The translations under genes and the position numbers were made by a program. Under the pieces are notes generated by a model. That model had not been told where the DNA came from, did no database searches, and worked only from the letters and a program-made list of their open reading frames with translations. Source: Verrucomicrobiota bacterium (lineage in GTDB: Bacteria > Verrucomicrobiota > Verrucomicrobiia > Limisphaerales > AAA164-E04). Taken from it: 64,000 nt of DNA. Of the stretch, positions 8,216-17,834 are shown one piece after another (position 1 is the stretch's first letter; each line of letters starts with the position of its first letter). The stretch covers positions 2,336,001 to 2,400,000 of the forward strand of contig CP170459.1 of assembly GCA_047947115.1 (NCBI GenBank). Reading direction: 5' to 3'.

Positions 8216-10202
8216 TGAGATCATAGATCATAAGGTGATTTTGATGATTGAAAAAGGCGACGAATTGACCATTTGGGGAAATGCGATGGTTAAACCGAGC
8301 GTCGGCAGGAAGCGCGAGTTCTTGATTTCCTTGACGATCGACCCAATAAAGTTCCGCCATGACGGGATCGGTTTTACTGAGATAAACAAGCGTGCCATTT
8401 GATACATCAAAGCGTGTCATGTCTGGCCATTTCTCGTCGATCTGATCGATTAAAATGCTTCGGTTTCCATTGGGTTGTAGCGATGCTATATCAAATCCGA
8501 CTCCATAGAGTTTCGTTCCCTGGATGTCACTTTCCGCATAAACCAATTGACCTCCAGTAAGATAATAAGGGTGGTGCCCTCTTATCGGGCGGCCGTCAAT
8601 GCGCAGGGGTTGAGCTGTGCCACTTGGAATTCTCTGACTTTTAAGTTGACTGACAGGTCCGCCAGTTCGACCAGAGGAGAAAAGCAATGCCTTTCCCCCT
8701 GGTAAAAAGTAAGGCCATCGATGAGCGCGATCTCCGTTTTCTAATGTGGTCAATTCGATAGAATTTCCAGCTTGAACGGCTGAGATCCCCTTGATGCAAC
8801 CGGAGGCCTGGCCGATGGCTATCCATTCACCTTCACCCCAGCTCATGCCAAAAACGGGTTCTTTCGCCTGGTTCAAAGCGACCGCTGGTCCACCATCTAC
8901 ACGTGCTTTTTTGATTTGATAATCGGTTCGGTCGCGAAAGGCGATCCATTCTCCTGTCGGATCGAAACAGAAATCACTGCAATTTTTAACGGAAGTAAGC
9001 GCTTTTGGCTCCAGCATGGATGGAGCTTTAATGAAAAGCTGATTTGAATTGTCATGGGCCGTTGTCACCAGGAATGCCAAGGTAGCGCCGTCTGGAGAAA
9101 GTCGAAATGAGGTTGTTGCTCCTACCGTATCCAATTCAAGATTGTTTTCGAGACCCAATGACATTTCGAATTTCCGAATAGGTTCCAAATCAGGCCCGTA
9201 TGCAGGTTTGAGGATCCATCCTAGAATCGCCGTCACGATGCACAAGATTGTGGCAATACTGAATATCAATAACCATTGAGCGGAAGATGTAGTTGGGCGA
9301 GGGGAGTAAGCTTCATCGTTTTGAAGACCGAACAATTTTAAGGGCGTGGTCAGTGTGTCCTCCAGATCAATGCGAGCTGCCGCAATGTCGGGAGTTCGGC
9401 GTTTCAGATCCTTGGTTAAGCATTTGTCTAAAAGTCGCCGTATTGATGGGGGAACACCTTCAGGGAGCTGATTCCAGTCGGGTTCGCCTCGAATAATGGC
9501 GGCCAATGTATCGTTTACGTCGTCTCCCTTGAAAGCTCGTTTGCCGCTTAAATATTCAAATAACACGCATCCAAAAGCCCAGATATCTGTGCGTTTATCC
9601 ACCTGCTTTCCTCGGGCTTGTTCTGGCGACATATATGCAGCCGTGCCTAGGATGGTTCCAGGTTGTGTAAACGCATCGGTGATGGTCGGTGAATTTTCGT
9701 CGTTGGTTGACGTGAGTGAGTCCACTTCATCAGTCATCCCCTTGGCCAAACCAAAATCCAGGACCTTCACCTTGCCATTTTCTGTGATCTTGATATTGCC
9801 TGGCTTGAGGTCGCGATGGATGATGCCCTTTTCGTGAGCAGCTTCGAGTGCCTCGGCGATTTGCTTGCAGATTTCCAAGGTTTCTTCGACGGGGAGGGGG
9901 CCTCGCTTCAACCGTTCGGATAAATCTTCACCTTCGACCAATTCAAGCACGAGAGCCTGCGATTGACCAGATTTCTCCAACCCGTAAATGCCGGCAATAT
10001 TCGGATGGTTCAAGGTTGCCAGCGTCTTGGCTTCCCGTTCGAATCGAGCCAAGCGTTCCTTGTTCTCAGCAAAGCTCTGCGGCAACACTTTAATGGCCAC
10101 TTCGCGGTCGAGCTTGGTGTCGGTTGCTCGATACACCTCACCCATCCCGCCTTGTCCCAGCTTGGCGGTGATCTTGTAATGAGCGATGGTGGTTCCGATC
10201 AC
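8181..10202 (-). CDS. Hanks-type Ser/Thr protein kinase with TM helix and TolB/PD40-like beta-propeller, probably C-terminally truncated
   Basis: LGQGGMGEVY, VAIK, HRDLKPGN, DFG and YMSPEQ motifs, then a TM segment and SPDG/SPNG repeats. Stops shortly after an SPNG blade. Confidence 0.9.
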   Translation of the reverse strand: MIGTTIAHYKITAKLGQGGMGEVYRATDTKLDREVAIKVLPQSFAENKERLARFEREAKTLATLNHPNIAGIYGLEKSGQSQALVLELVEGEDLSERLKRGPLPVEETLEICKQIAEALEAAHEKGIIHRDLKPGNIKITENGKVKVLDFGLAKGMTDEVDSLTSTNDENSPTITDAFTQPGTILGTAAYMSPEQARGKQVDKRTDIWAFGCVLFEYLSGKRAFKGDDVNDTLAAIIRGEPDWNQLPEGVPPSIRRLLDKCLTKDLKRRTPDIAAARIDLEDTLTTPLKLFGLQNDEAYSPRPTTSSAQWLLIFSIATILCIVTAILGWILKPAYGPDLEPIRKFEMSLGLENNLELDTVGATTSFRLSPDGATLAFLVTTAHDNSNQLFIKAPSMLEPKALTSVKNCSDFCFDPTGEWIAFRDRTDYQIKKARVDGGPAVALNQAKEPVFGMSWGEGEWIAIGQASGCIKGISAVQAGNSIELTTLENGDRAHRWPYFLPGGKALLFSSGRTGGPVSQLKSQRIPSGTAQPLRIDGRPIRGHHPYYLTGGQLVYAESDIQGTKLYGVGFDIASLQPNGNRSILIDQIDEKWPDMTRFDVSNGTLVYLSKTDPVMAELYWVDRQGNQELALPADARFNHRISPNGQFVAFFNHQNHLMIYDLKSFVVKNPLFQ

Positions 10203-10363
10203 GCGGAAACCTTAATGCTTGAGCTGGAACCGTCGAGGAAAATGAAATTCAAACTGTCAGCAAAAGTGTTGGGGAATGGCAGTGGCGGATAGCGACGGGA
10301 TAGTAACCGAAAAAGTGTTTTGGGTGCTTTTAATGGTACATTGCACTTCCTGGTGCGTTTGGA

Positions 10364-10818
10364 CGTCGATGGGGGGCGCAGTTCAAATATTAGAGCTCCA
10401 TTTTCGAGGAGTAAGCTCCGTCTTACACCCATTTCAAACCTCAGTGCTTTGGAATCCTTTTCAAGCTGCAATGGAAACGCCACAGCCATTCGATGAACGA
10501 TAGTCTCCCCGCGTTCCATTCATTTTGCTCAGAAACGTTTTCAAGGGGAAAGTTTGGGGGCTCGATTTGTCGGGAGAACTCTCCACTTCATTTTTTGGAA
10601 AATGGAGGGACCGGTTCCACCCGGTTCCCAAATGTTTGCCTAAAAACATTCCTAATCAAATGAGCCGGAACGCGGGAAACTAATGGTGTTCGATAGTTTG
10701 TGGAGTATCCCTCGCAACCGTATGAGCATGCGAATGCCTTGAGGATAGAAGTGGGCGCAAAGCGGAATTTGCCCCTCCGAAAATGGAGCTCCAATTTTTG
10801 AACTTCGTCCATCGATGA
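10364..10818. repeat. long imperfect inverted repeat (about 455 bp palindrome) between divergent genes
   Basis: 10364-10560 aligns with the reverse complement of 10626-10818, e.g. AGTTCAAATATTAGAGCTCCATTTTCG vs AGTTCAAAAATTGGAGCTCCATTTTCG, and shared CCCGCGTTCC. Confidence 0.8.
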
Positions 10819-10885
10819 GGAATCGCATGATCTTTTCTTCTCAATGCCCGGATAATGGTCTAAGCTTTTCATGTTTCCCATACTC

Positions 10886-11752
10886 ATGAAAATAAAATTC
10901 ACATATCAGCGCTGTCTGTTGGCGGTCATGCTTGGTTGGATGACCTTTTCTGTTTGCCGGGCTGAAGTGCCTGCTAAAATTTTCTTATGGCCCAATGGGG
11001 CTCCTGGATCTGAAGCACGAAAGAACGAACCCGAAAAATCCGAGGGTAGCAATGTGTTCAACGTACACAACCCTTCCATCACTCCATACCTTCCAGGAAA
11101 AGGTAAAGCCACTGGAACCGCCGTGATCATTGCTCCGGGTGGTGGGCATCGAGTGTTATGTCTGGGACATGAAGGAGATGCATTGGGTCAGTGGTTTGCA
11201 GATCACGGGATTGCCGCTTTTGTAATGCGGTATCGATTGTGTCGGGAAGCAGGTTCCTCTTATACACTCAAAGGACATGCCATGGATGATACGCGTCGCG
11301 CCATCCGCACGGTGCGTCACCGCGCCAAGGAATGGGGGATTGATCCGGGTAAGGTTGGTATTTTGGGATTCTCCGCCGGTGGAGAATTGGCGGCTTATGC
11401 TGCGATGGATTCGGATCAGGGAAATCCCCAGGCGTCTGACCCGATTGAACGCATGGGAAGTCGTCCGGATTTTCAGGCACTGATTTATCCAGGTAAATCG
11501 GATACCTTCACCGTACGAGCAGGAATGCCCCCGGTGTTTATTGCTTACGGATATAAAGATCGCCCCGATATCTCGATTGGTATAGCCAAGGTCTATCTGA
11601 TGTATAAAGAAGCAGGGGTGCCCGCCGAAATGCATGTGTATTCCAATGCGGGACATGGTTTTGGATATCGCCCCGGTACGACATCCGCCGCGGGCGATTG
11701 GCCCAAGCGTTTCCGTGAATGGCTGGTGGATAGCCAGTTGTTGAGTGAATAA
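10886..11752 (+). CDS. secreted alpha/beta hydrolase (acetyl-xylan-esterase-like)
   Basis: Signal peptide, PGGGH oxyanion loop, GFSAGG nucleophile, RPDF, and HGFG His. Confidence 0.9.
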   Translation: MKIKFTYQRCLLAVMLGWMTFSVCRAEVPAKIFLWPNGAPGSEARKNEPEKSEGSNVFNVHNPSITPYLPGKGKATGTAVIIAPGGGHRVLCLGHEGDALGQWFADHGIAAFVMRYRLCREAGSSYTLKGHAMDDTRRAIRTVRHRAKEWGIDPGKVGILGFSAGGELAAYAAMDSDQGNPQASDPIERMGSRPDFQALIYPGKSDTFTVRAGMPPVFIAYGYKDRPDISIGIAKVYLMYKEAGVPAEMHVYSNAGHGFGYRPGTTSAAGDWPKRFREWLVDSQLLSE

Positions 11753-11811
11753 ACCTTATTGAGAAATCCAGTGACTGAGTTGAACAAGAACTGATCCAGA
11801 AAGTAACCCTG

Positions 11812-13455
11812 ATGTCAAAAATCTCACCTTTCGTAGGATGGCGGCCTTTGACCGGTTGGCCATTACTGTTGTTTGGACTAATTATTGCAATTTCAACGCA
11901 GGCCGCTCAGCGACCGAATTTCCTGGTGATCATTGCCGACGACATGGGATTTTCCGATGCGGGATGTTATGGAGGCGAAATTGAAACACCCAACCTGAAC
12001 CAACTTGCCGAGGGGGGATTGCGATTCACACAATTCTACAATACAGCCCGGTGTTGGCCTACGCGTTCAGCCTTGATGACGGGGTATTATCCGCAGCAAA
12101 TTCGACGTGATTCCATGCCGGAAGCCCCGGGGGATTTTGGGGGTGGTGGGAAACGCCCCAAATGGGCCAAAACAATCGCTGAGTACCTTAAACCTGCCGG
12201 ATATCGAACGTACCATTCAGGTAAATGGCATATCGATGGAAATCCAACGGATCATGGATTTGATCTTTCGAATCCGACGAGTCGTGGCCCCGGTTTTTTC
12301 GAAACGATCAAAAAGAAAGATCGTGATCCCGATTATTACCAGACGACTCACACCGCCCAGCATGCGATTGATTGTTTGAAAGAGCACGCGTCCAAATATG
12401 CGGACAAACCTTTTTTTCACTACCTTGCCTTTCACGCCCCTCACTTTCCTCTCCATGCACTTCCGGAGGATATTGATCGGTATCGCGATCGATACCTTCA
12501 AGGTTGGGATGCCTTGAGAAAGGAAAGACGTGAACGTCAGAGCGAAATCGGCTTGAACGTGGCGCAGCTTTCCCCTCTTGAGAAAAATGTGGGACCTCCC
12601 TATGCCTTTCCAGATCAACTCAAGATATTGGGTCCGGGAGAAATCAATCGCCCCTTGCCTTGGGAAGAATTGACCGATGTCCAAAAAAGATTTCAGGCAA
12701 CCAAGATGGCCATTCATGCCGCGATGGTTGATCGGATGGATCAGGAAATAGGTCGTGTGCTGGATCAACTGCGTTCCATGAAAGCACTGGAAAACACGTT
12801 TATTTGTTTTCTTTCCGATAATGGTGCCAGCGCTGAGATTATGGTAAGAGGAGATGGTCATGATCCACTGGCCACACCCGGTTCGGCTGAGACGTACCTT
12901 TGTCTTGGTCCCGGATTTTCCAGTGCCGCAAATACGCCCTTTCGACGCCATAAAACCTGGGTGCATGAGGGGGGGATTTCCACGCCATTCATTGTTCACT
13001 GGCCCAAAGGCATTGAGGCGAAAAATGAATTTCGTTCATCCATCGCTCATGTGATTGATATTGCTCCCACGGTATTGGATCTCGCCGGAGTGCAACAAAA
13101 CAAGGGGTTACATCCTGAGATGAGCGGGACAAGTCTGGTACCTGCTTTCAGCAATAAGCGTAAAATTTTGCATGATACACTCTGGTTCTACCATGAAGGG
13201 AATCGTGCATTGAGACAGGGAGATTGGAAAATTATTGATTCAAATGTGACCCGGCCTTTTCCATGGAAGGGATCGGATAAAGCAACTTCCGAAACATTGG
13301 ATACAGCTCAGTGGTCCTTATACAATCTGATCAATGATCGTGCCGAGCAACATGATTTGGCGAAAGCCTACCCGGAAAGAGTTCAAATTTTGGCTACTCA
13401 ATGGAAAGAAATGGGTGAGAAGTTCTTGAAGGATGCAGATCAAGATCCTCGCTGA
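11812..13455 (+). CDS. arylsulfatase (formylglycine-dependent)
   Basis: RPNFLVIIADDMG, CWPTR (CxPxR), GKWH and SDNG motifs; signal peptide. Confidence 0.95.
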   Translation: MSKISPFVGWRPLTGWPLLLFGLIIAISTQAAQRPNFLVIIADDMGFSDAGCYGGEIETPNLNQLAEGGLRFTQFYNTARCWPTRSALMTGYYPQQIRRDSMPEAPGDFGGGGKRPKWAKTIAEYLKPAGYRTYHSGKWHIDGNPTDHGFDLSNPTSRGPGFFETIKKKDRDPDYYQTTHTAQHAIDCLKEHASKYADKPFFHYLAFHAPHFPLHALPEDIDRYRDRYLQGWDALRKERRERQSEIGLNVAQLSPLEKNVGPPYAFPDQLKILGPGEINRPLPWEELTDVQKRFQATKMAIHAAMVDRMDQEIGRVLDQLRSMKALENTFICFLSDNGASAEIMVRGDGHDPLATPGSAETYLCLGPGFSSAANTPFRRHKTWVHEGGISTPFIVHWPKGIEAKNEFRSSIAHVIDIAPTVLDLAGVQQNKGLHPEMSGTSLVPAFSNKRKILHDTLWFYHEGNRALRQGDWKIIDSNVTRPFPWKGSDKATSETLDTAQWSLYNLINDRAEQHDLAKAYPERVQILATQWKEMGEKFLKDADQDPR

Positions 13456-13506
13456 ATCTATTTGTTCTTCGACGTCATGAAAACTCCCTTTGTGAAAGGG
13501 CGTCCA

Positions 13507-14172
13507 TTATCCCTCTCCTTGTTTTTCATATAAGCTGAGCATTTTTTGGGTGTGCTGAAGGCGGTGTTGCAGTGGACCGTCGGCGTTTTGTTCGTAACGG
13601 GTCATGACTTCGTTTATTTGAGGGACTAGTGAAGGGGATACCAGTTTCCTGGCGAGCAACATGCCAAATGCCAGCGCTACACGGTATTTGACATGATGCT
13701 CTTTGATTCGGTTCGCCACCCGTAATAGACGTTCAGCATCTTCTGGTTCGGGTTTTGTTCGAACGGTAGAGGCCAGTGCCAGCATGATGGCTTCGTTGTG
13801 TTCTTCCGCGAGCAGGTCACGTGATAGTTTTTTTTGGATGACCAAATCCGCCATGTCACGTGCGATCGCGTCTTTCGTTCGAACATTCTCCACCTGATTT
13901 GGGAGATTCAGGTTTGAATAGACTTCGGCTAGTCTGATCAGTTCAGGATCTAATCCTCGGGCTTCCGGTTGAGTTGGGGCGTTCTGAGTGTCGTGTTCGC
14001 TGTTTTCTAATGGTTCATTCGTAAGGGGAGGGCGATTGCTGGCGGTCAGGGAGGATATGCCTTTCACTATTTGTTTTCGGAAAATCAAACACAAGAACAT
14101 GATAATGGCAGGCCAGATGATATCTCCTGTCACGATGCCTGCTTGTTCGATTTTCTTTGTGAATGGTTCCAT
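13507..14172 (-). CDS. hypothetical protein with N-terminal TM helix and helical C-terminal domain
   Basis: 221-aa ORF, GAGG RBS-like sequence upstream, TM segment WPAIIMFLCLIFRKQI. Confidence 0.7.
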   Translation of the reverse strand: MEPFTKKIEQAGIVTGDIIWPAIIMFLCLIFRKQIVKGISSLTASNRPPLTNEPLENSEHDTQNAPTQPEARGLDPELIRLAEVYSNLNLPNQVENVRTKDAIARDMADLVIQKKLSRDLLAEEHNEAIMLALASTVRTKPEPEDAERLLRVANRIKEHHVKYRVALAFGMLLARKLVSPSLVPQINEVMTRYEQNADGPLQHRLQHTQKMLSLYEKQGEG

Positions 14173-14237
14173 GTCCTCACATTGTGGTGCTGTATCTCCG
14201 GGATTTCAATGAGAAGTCTTCTTGAGGGGGGGAGTGG

Positions 14238-14301
14238 CCACGTTTTTGCAAACGCGGCTACTGGGGGGAAGGGTTGGCCACGTTTTTGTAGACGTGGCTA
14301 C
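14238..14301 (-). repeat. two type-B REP copies (minus strand)
   Basis: CCACGTTTTTGCAAACGCGGCTAC at 14238 and CCACGTTTTTGTAGACGTGGCTAC at 14278. Confidence 0.8.
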
Positions 14302-14487
14302 TGGGGGGGGCATGGCGTTTTACGTGGAAGTTGGATCCAATTTATGGATGCGGGATGTTTGGTTGTTATGGAGTCAGCGGTTGGACATTGGAGTTGCAAA
14401 TTTGAACGATCCTATGCAGTTTGAATTGTGGTGTGGGACGTATGAACTGATTGAGAATGATTTCAAGGATATGGGATCTTGGTGGCC

Positions 14488-14925
14488 ATGAACTATTTTG
14501 TGTTTTGCCTTTGCTTGTTGTTTTTGTTGTGCCCCGGGTTGGATGGAGAGGAATCAGGCGGTTTTGCCCTCACCATTCAGGTTTACGGAGCTGAATCCTC
14601 GGCGGGCCATATCCACCTCTATATTTTTACCAGTAAAACGGATTACTTAAAGGTGCCGATGAAGGGCAAACATTTGTCGGTTGATGAAGAGGGCGGGGCG
14701 GTATTCAATTTCAAGTTATCTGAGGGGAAGTATTCCATTTGTGCTTTTCATGACAAGAACGGGAACGGAAAACTGGATAAAGGTTTTTTGGGCATTCCCA
14801 CCGAGTTGTTTGCTTTTTCCAATCAGGCCAAAGGCTTGTTTGGGCCACCTTCTTATCAATCGACTTTATTTGAGTTAAACAAGGATACCACGCTGAAACT
14901 CAGACTTGGGAAAGCCAAAGACTAG
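14488..14925 (+). CDS. DUF2141 family secreted protein
   Basis: G.YSI.AFHDKNGNGKLD.GFLGIPTE..AFSN...FGPPSY pattern; signal peptide. Confidence 0.85.
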   Translation: MNYFVFCLCLLFLLCPGLDGEESGGFALTIQVYGAESSAGHIHLYIFTSKTDYLKVPMKGKHLSVDEEGGAVFNFKLSEGKYSICAFHDKNGNGKLDKGFLGIPTELFAFSNQAKGLFGPPSYQSTLFELNKDTTLKLRLGKAKD

Positions 14926-15118
14926 AGCTGATCCTGTGGGTTTCAAGATCGATGCATGTCTTATACTGATTGCCAAACGTATGTGCGCATAACGGCTCGC
15001 TGTTGCTTATTATTCTCACGCCCGCTGCGCTAGGGACGCAGTGGCGCAGAGTTTTTTTCTGAAATTACTTTTGGCAAACGTTATTATCAGGAGCAAGCTC
15101 ATTCATACCTGGAGTCAT

Positions 15119-16048
15119 TCAGATGTTTGAAGGGTATGCGTTTTTCAGGTCTGCAATGAGTTTGGTTACGGCTTTTTCTTTTGCCTTGGCTTCCACTTCC
15201 ACAGTCAATTGGCAGCCTGTCCATGATTGAGGGAAATCCTTCACCGCAATGTAGTCATGATGTCTGTGAGGTTTGGGGCCGTTCCAACCTTCCAGGGGGC
15301 TGGAAATATGAAAGAGGGGTTCCGATGTCCAGGAGTCCATCGCTTTTTCGGTTGCTTCGGCGATTGATAGCTTATCGGGAAGGCATCGGTGATGGTGTAC
15401 GTCGTAGACCAACGGCACATTTAAATCATGGCACACGGGGAGCAGGTCTGACGGAGTGTACACCTTGTCGTCGTTTTCCAATGTCAGTCGAGAGCGCACA
15501 GGCTCTGGAAGGGTTGAAATGTTCCTGCGTAGATCAAGCAGTGCGGATGCCTTGTTCCCGTACGCGCCTCCTCCGTGGATGTTGATGGTATCTGCTCCCA
15601 CCCATGCCGCGACTTCCGCCTGATAGTTCAGTTCGGCTTTCGAGTGTTCGAGTGTTTTCGGGTTGGGGGAGTTGAGCACGACGAATTGATCAGGATGAAA
15701 TGAAAGTCGAATCTGTCTGGATCGGGCGAATGTGCCACATTCCCGGAAACGGGAAATGATTTCGCTGCTGCCGGGGAGCTCGCTGATGTCATAGCCCGCT
15801 TCGGAGTGTGTTTTCACCGGCAGGATCTGGCTGTTGATACGGAAAGCTCCGATTCCATGTTGCTCACAGTATTCCAGTGAACGCATCAGCGCGTCTGAGT
15901 TTCCCCGGCAAAGTGCAGAAAGTTTTTCCAACCGTTGTTGCCTTGTAAGCCGCAGCATTGCTGTAACGGTAGTGGTTCTGAACTTTATGGGTTCAGCAGA
16001 AAATTGGCAACAAAGGCCGAATCGGAGCCGAGCCAGCGGTCCCTTCAT
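15119..16048 (-). CDS. uvsE: UV DNA damage repair endonuclease
   Basis: FRINS, SFHPDQFVVLNS, IHGGG, LENDD, YDVHHH and EAKAKE motifs. ATG at 16048 overlaps the tspO stop (ATGA). Confidence 0.93.
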   Translation of the reverse strand: MKGPLARLRFGLCCQFSAEPIKFRTTTVTAMLRLTRQQRLEKLSALCRGNSDALMRSLEYCEQHGIGAFRINSQILPVKTHSEAGYDISELPGSSEIISRFRECGTFARSRQIRLSFHPDQFVVLNSPNPKTLEHSKAELNYQAEVAAWVGADTINIHGGGAYGNKASALLDLRRNISTLPEPVRSRLTLENDDKVYTPSDLLPVCHDLNVPLVYDVHHHRCLPDKLSIAEATEKAMDSWTSEPLFHISSPLEGWNGPKPHRHHDYIAVKDFPQSWTGCQLTVEVEAKAKEKAVTKLIADLKNAYPSNI

Positions 16049-16539
16049 GGATTCAGTCTCCACAGAGTAAAGTTTAGTATGGACGCGAAAGTCACCCATG
16101 CGAGGTATGGGATGAGCAAAACTGCTGCCGTGCGGCTCACCGGGTAGAAGGCCCTTATGGTGCCAGCAATGGCAGCCCAGAGCAGCAGGATCTCAGCGAA
16201 AGCCATGTCAGGTCGATGCGCTCCGAAAAACAGGGGAGACCACGCCGCGTTGAGCGCGAGTTGAATGACGAACCAGGTGAGAGGTTTGCGTTGGTGCTGA
16301 TATCCACCCTGGTGCCACACCATCCATGCCGCCACCGCCATCATGGTATAAAGAGCGCTCCAGACGGGGCCAAAGACCCACCCGGGTGGATTCCATGAGG
16401 GTTTATTCAATGAATCGTACCAGGCGCCTGGCATGAAAAACGCGCCAAGGGCGGCGGCACTGAAACTTGCAATCAGCCATAGAAGCAAGCCAAGCCATCG
16501 TTTCGGCCCATGAATGTCTTGAACCGCGGTTTCGCTCAT
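16045..16539 (-). CDS. tspO: TspO/MBR tryptophan-rich sensory protein
   Basis: WYDSLNKPSWNPPGWVFGPVW, QLALNAAWSPLFFG and PYLAWVTFA motifs. Confidence 0.95.
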   Translation of the reverse strand: MSETAVQDIHGPKRWLGLLLWLIASFSAAALGAFFMPGAWYDSLNKPSWNPPGWVFGPVWSALYTMMAVAAWMVWHQGGYQHQRKPLTWFVIQLALNAAWSPLFFGAHRPDMAFAEILLLWAAIAGTIRAFYPVSRTAAVLLIPYLAWVTFASILNFTLWRLNP

Positions 16540-16988
16540 TCCTTTGCTCCAAATTTTTCCTTCAGAGATTGTTGTCGGAATGCGAAAATTTTCTCGATAT
16601 CCCTGCGGACAAAAAGAGGGTGGGCGATGAAATCGAATGGCACGGCATAGCGAACGACATCGCGGGCAAGGGTGCCTCCGTCTTGTGCTTCAAAGGTGTG
16701 TTCGTGAATCCACTGGCGATACGGGCCGCGGAGTTGTTCGTCCACAAAACGATGAGGAGGTTCCCAATCCCGAATCAAGGTACGCCAGTGCAGTGGGAGA
16801 CCCCGGACTTTCAGTTTGTAATCAATCAATGCTCCGGTCTTGATCTCGATTGGTTTCGGCGTCACTATGTTAAAATGCAGCCAGGGCGGGGTGATGGCGT
16901 CCAGATTGGCCGCATCCGCGAAAAAGGGGAATAGTTCCTCCGGCTTCAACGGCAGCCAGATTTCGCATTCAAAGTGTCTTTCTTTCAT
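16536..16988 (-). CDS. SRPBCC family protein
   Basis: NLDAITPPWL and FVDEQLRGPYRQWIHEHTF motifs. Confidence 0.88.
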   Translation of the reverse strand: MKERHFECEIWLPLKPEELFPFFADAANLDAITPPWLHFNIVTPKPIEIKTGALIDYKLKVRGLPLHWRTLIRDWEPPHRFVDEQLRGPYRQWIHEHTFEAQDGGTLARDVVRYAVPFDFIAHPLFVRRDIEKIFAFRQQSLKEKFGAKE

Positions 16989-17080
16989 CAAGGTTTTAGC
17001 GTTCCACGGTCAGTTGATTCAGGTTCATCGTGGAGAATGAACAACTGTAACCTACCCTTGATACTTTCCGGAGCAACTGG

Positions 17081-17401
17081 TTATTTCAAGGATCCTTTGG
17101 TCAGAGCTTCCTGTTCTCTCCGAAGGCCTGGTTCGATCAAAAAGGGGCCAAAAGGAATGATGGCTGCGACAAAGATTTTGGCAGACCAACCCATGGGGCG
17201 CTGCAATGTGAGTGTCGCTCGAACCAGTGCGACGACGTAAAGGATGAACAGCACGCCATGCGCCATTCCCACAATGCTTACGGCCTCGGGTTTGTTCGCC
17301 ATGTATTTCATTGGCATGGCCACGAAGAATAGCAGGAGGCTTGATATGCCCTCAATGATTCCTGTGTGACGAAGCCACTTAATCGCGTTAATGGATTCCA
17401 T
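17081..17401 (-). CDS. DUF3817 family membrane protein
   Basis: EGISSLLLFFVAMPMKY, GMAHGVLF and IPFGPF motifs. Confidence 0.85.
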   Translation of the reverse strand: MESINAIKWLRHTGIIEGISSLLLFFVAMPMKYMANKPEAVSIVGMAHGVLFILYVVALVRATLTLQRPMGWSAKIFVAAIIPFGPFLIEPGLRREQEALTKGSLK

Positions 17402-17834
17402 GCCAGTGAAACTGAACGTTCTTCCATTGGTTTTCAAGTGTTGTGTCCCGGCGTTCTTCAGAATGGGTAGCCGACTTCCCTGGCGGGGGCGCCGCCGTTG
17501 AGCGGGATGGTTGTGTCCTTATCCATTGTTTTGGCTGAAGTTTGCTATACAAAGCTGCGAAAGTTGGGTAGTAGTCTGAGGGTCATCCATAAAAAATTAG
17601 ATTCATTCATATGAGAACTCATATCATTCGTCGTTGTGTTCCGGTATTGGCTGTTTGTGCCGTGTTGCTGAAGGGGGCTTTTTCCATGCAGGCTGAACCT
17701 TGGGTTGTTTACGAAGGGGATTCCGGGCCGGGGAAGGGGAAGCATATTCTGTTTATTGCTTCGGATCATGAATATCGCGGTGAGGAATCCTGTCCGGCGA
17801 TTGCCCGAATTCTTGCCAAACGTTATGGTTTCAA

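Noticed and set aside
8216..8402. Genuine overlapping plus-strand gene within the kinase
   Set aside because: This part of ORF 8031-8402 is just the antisense reading of the kinase propeller.
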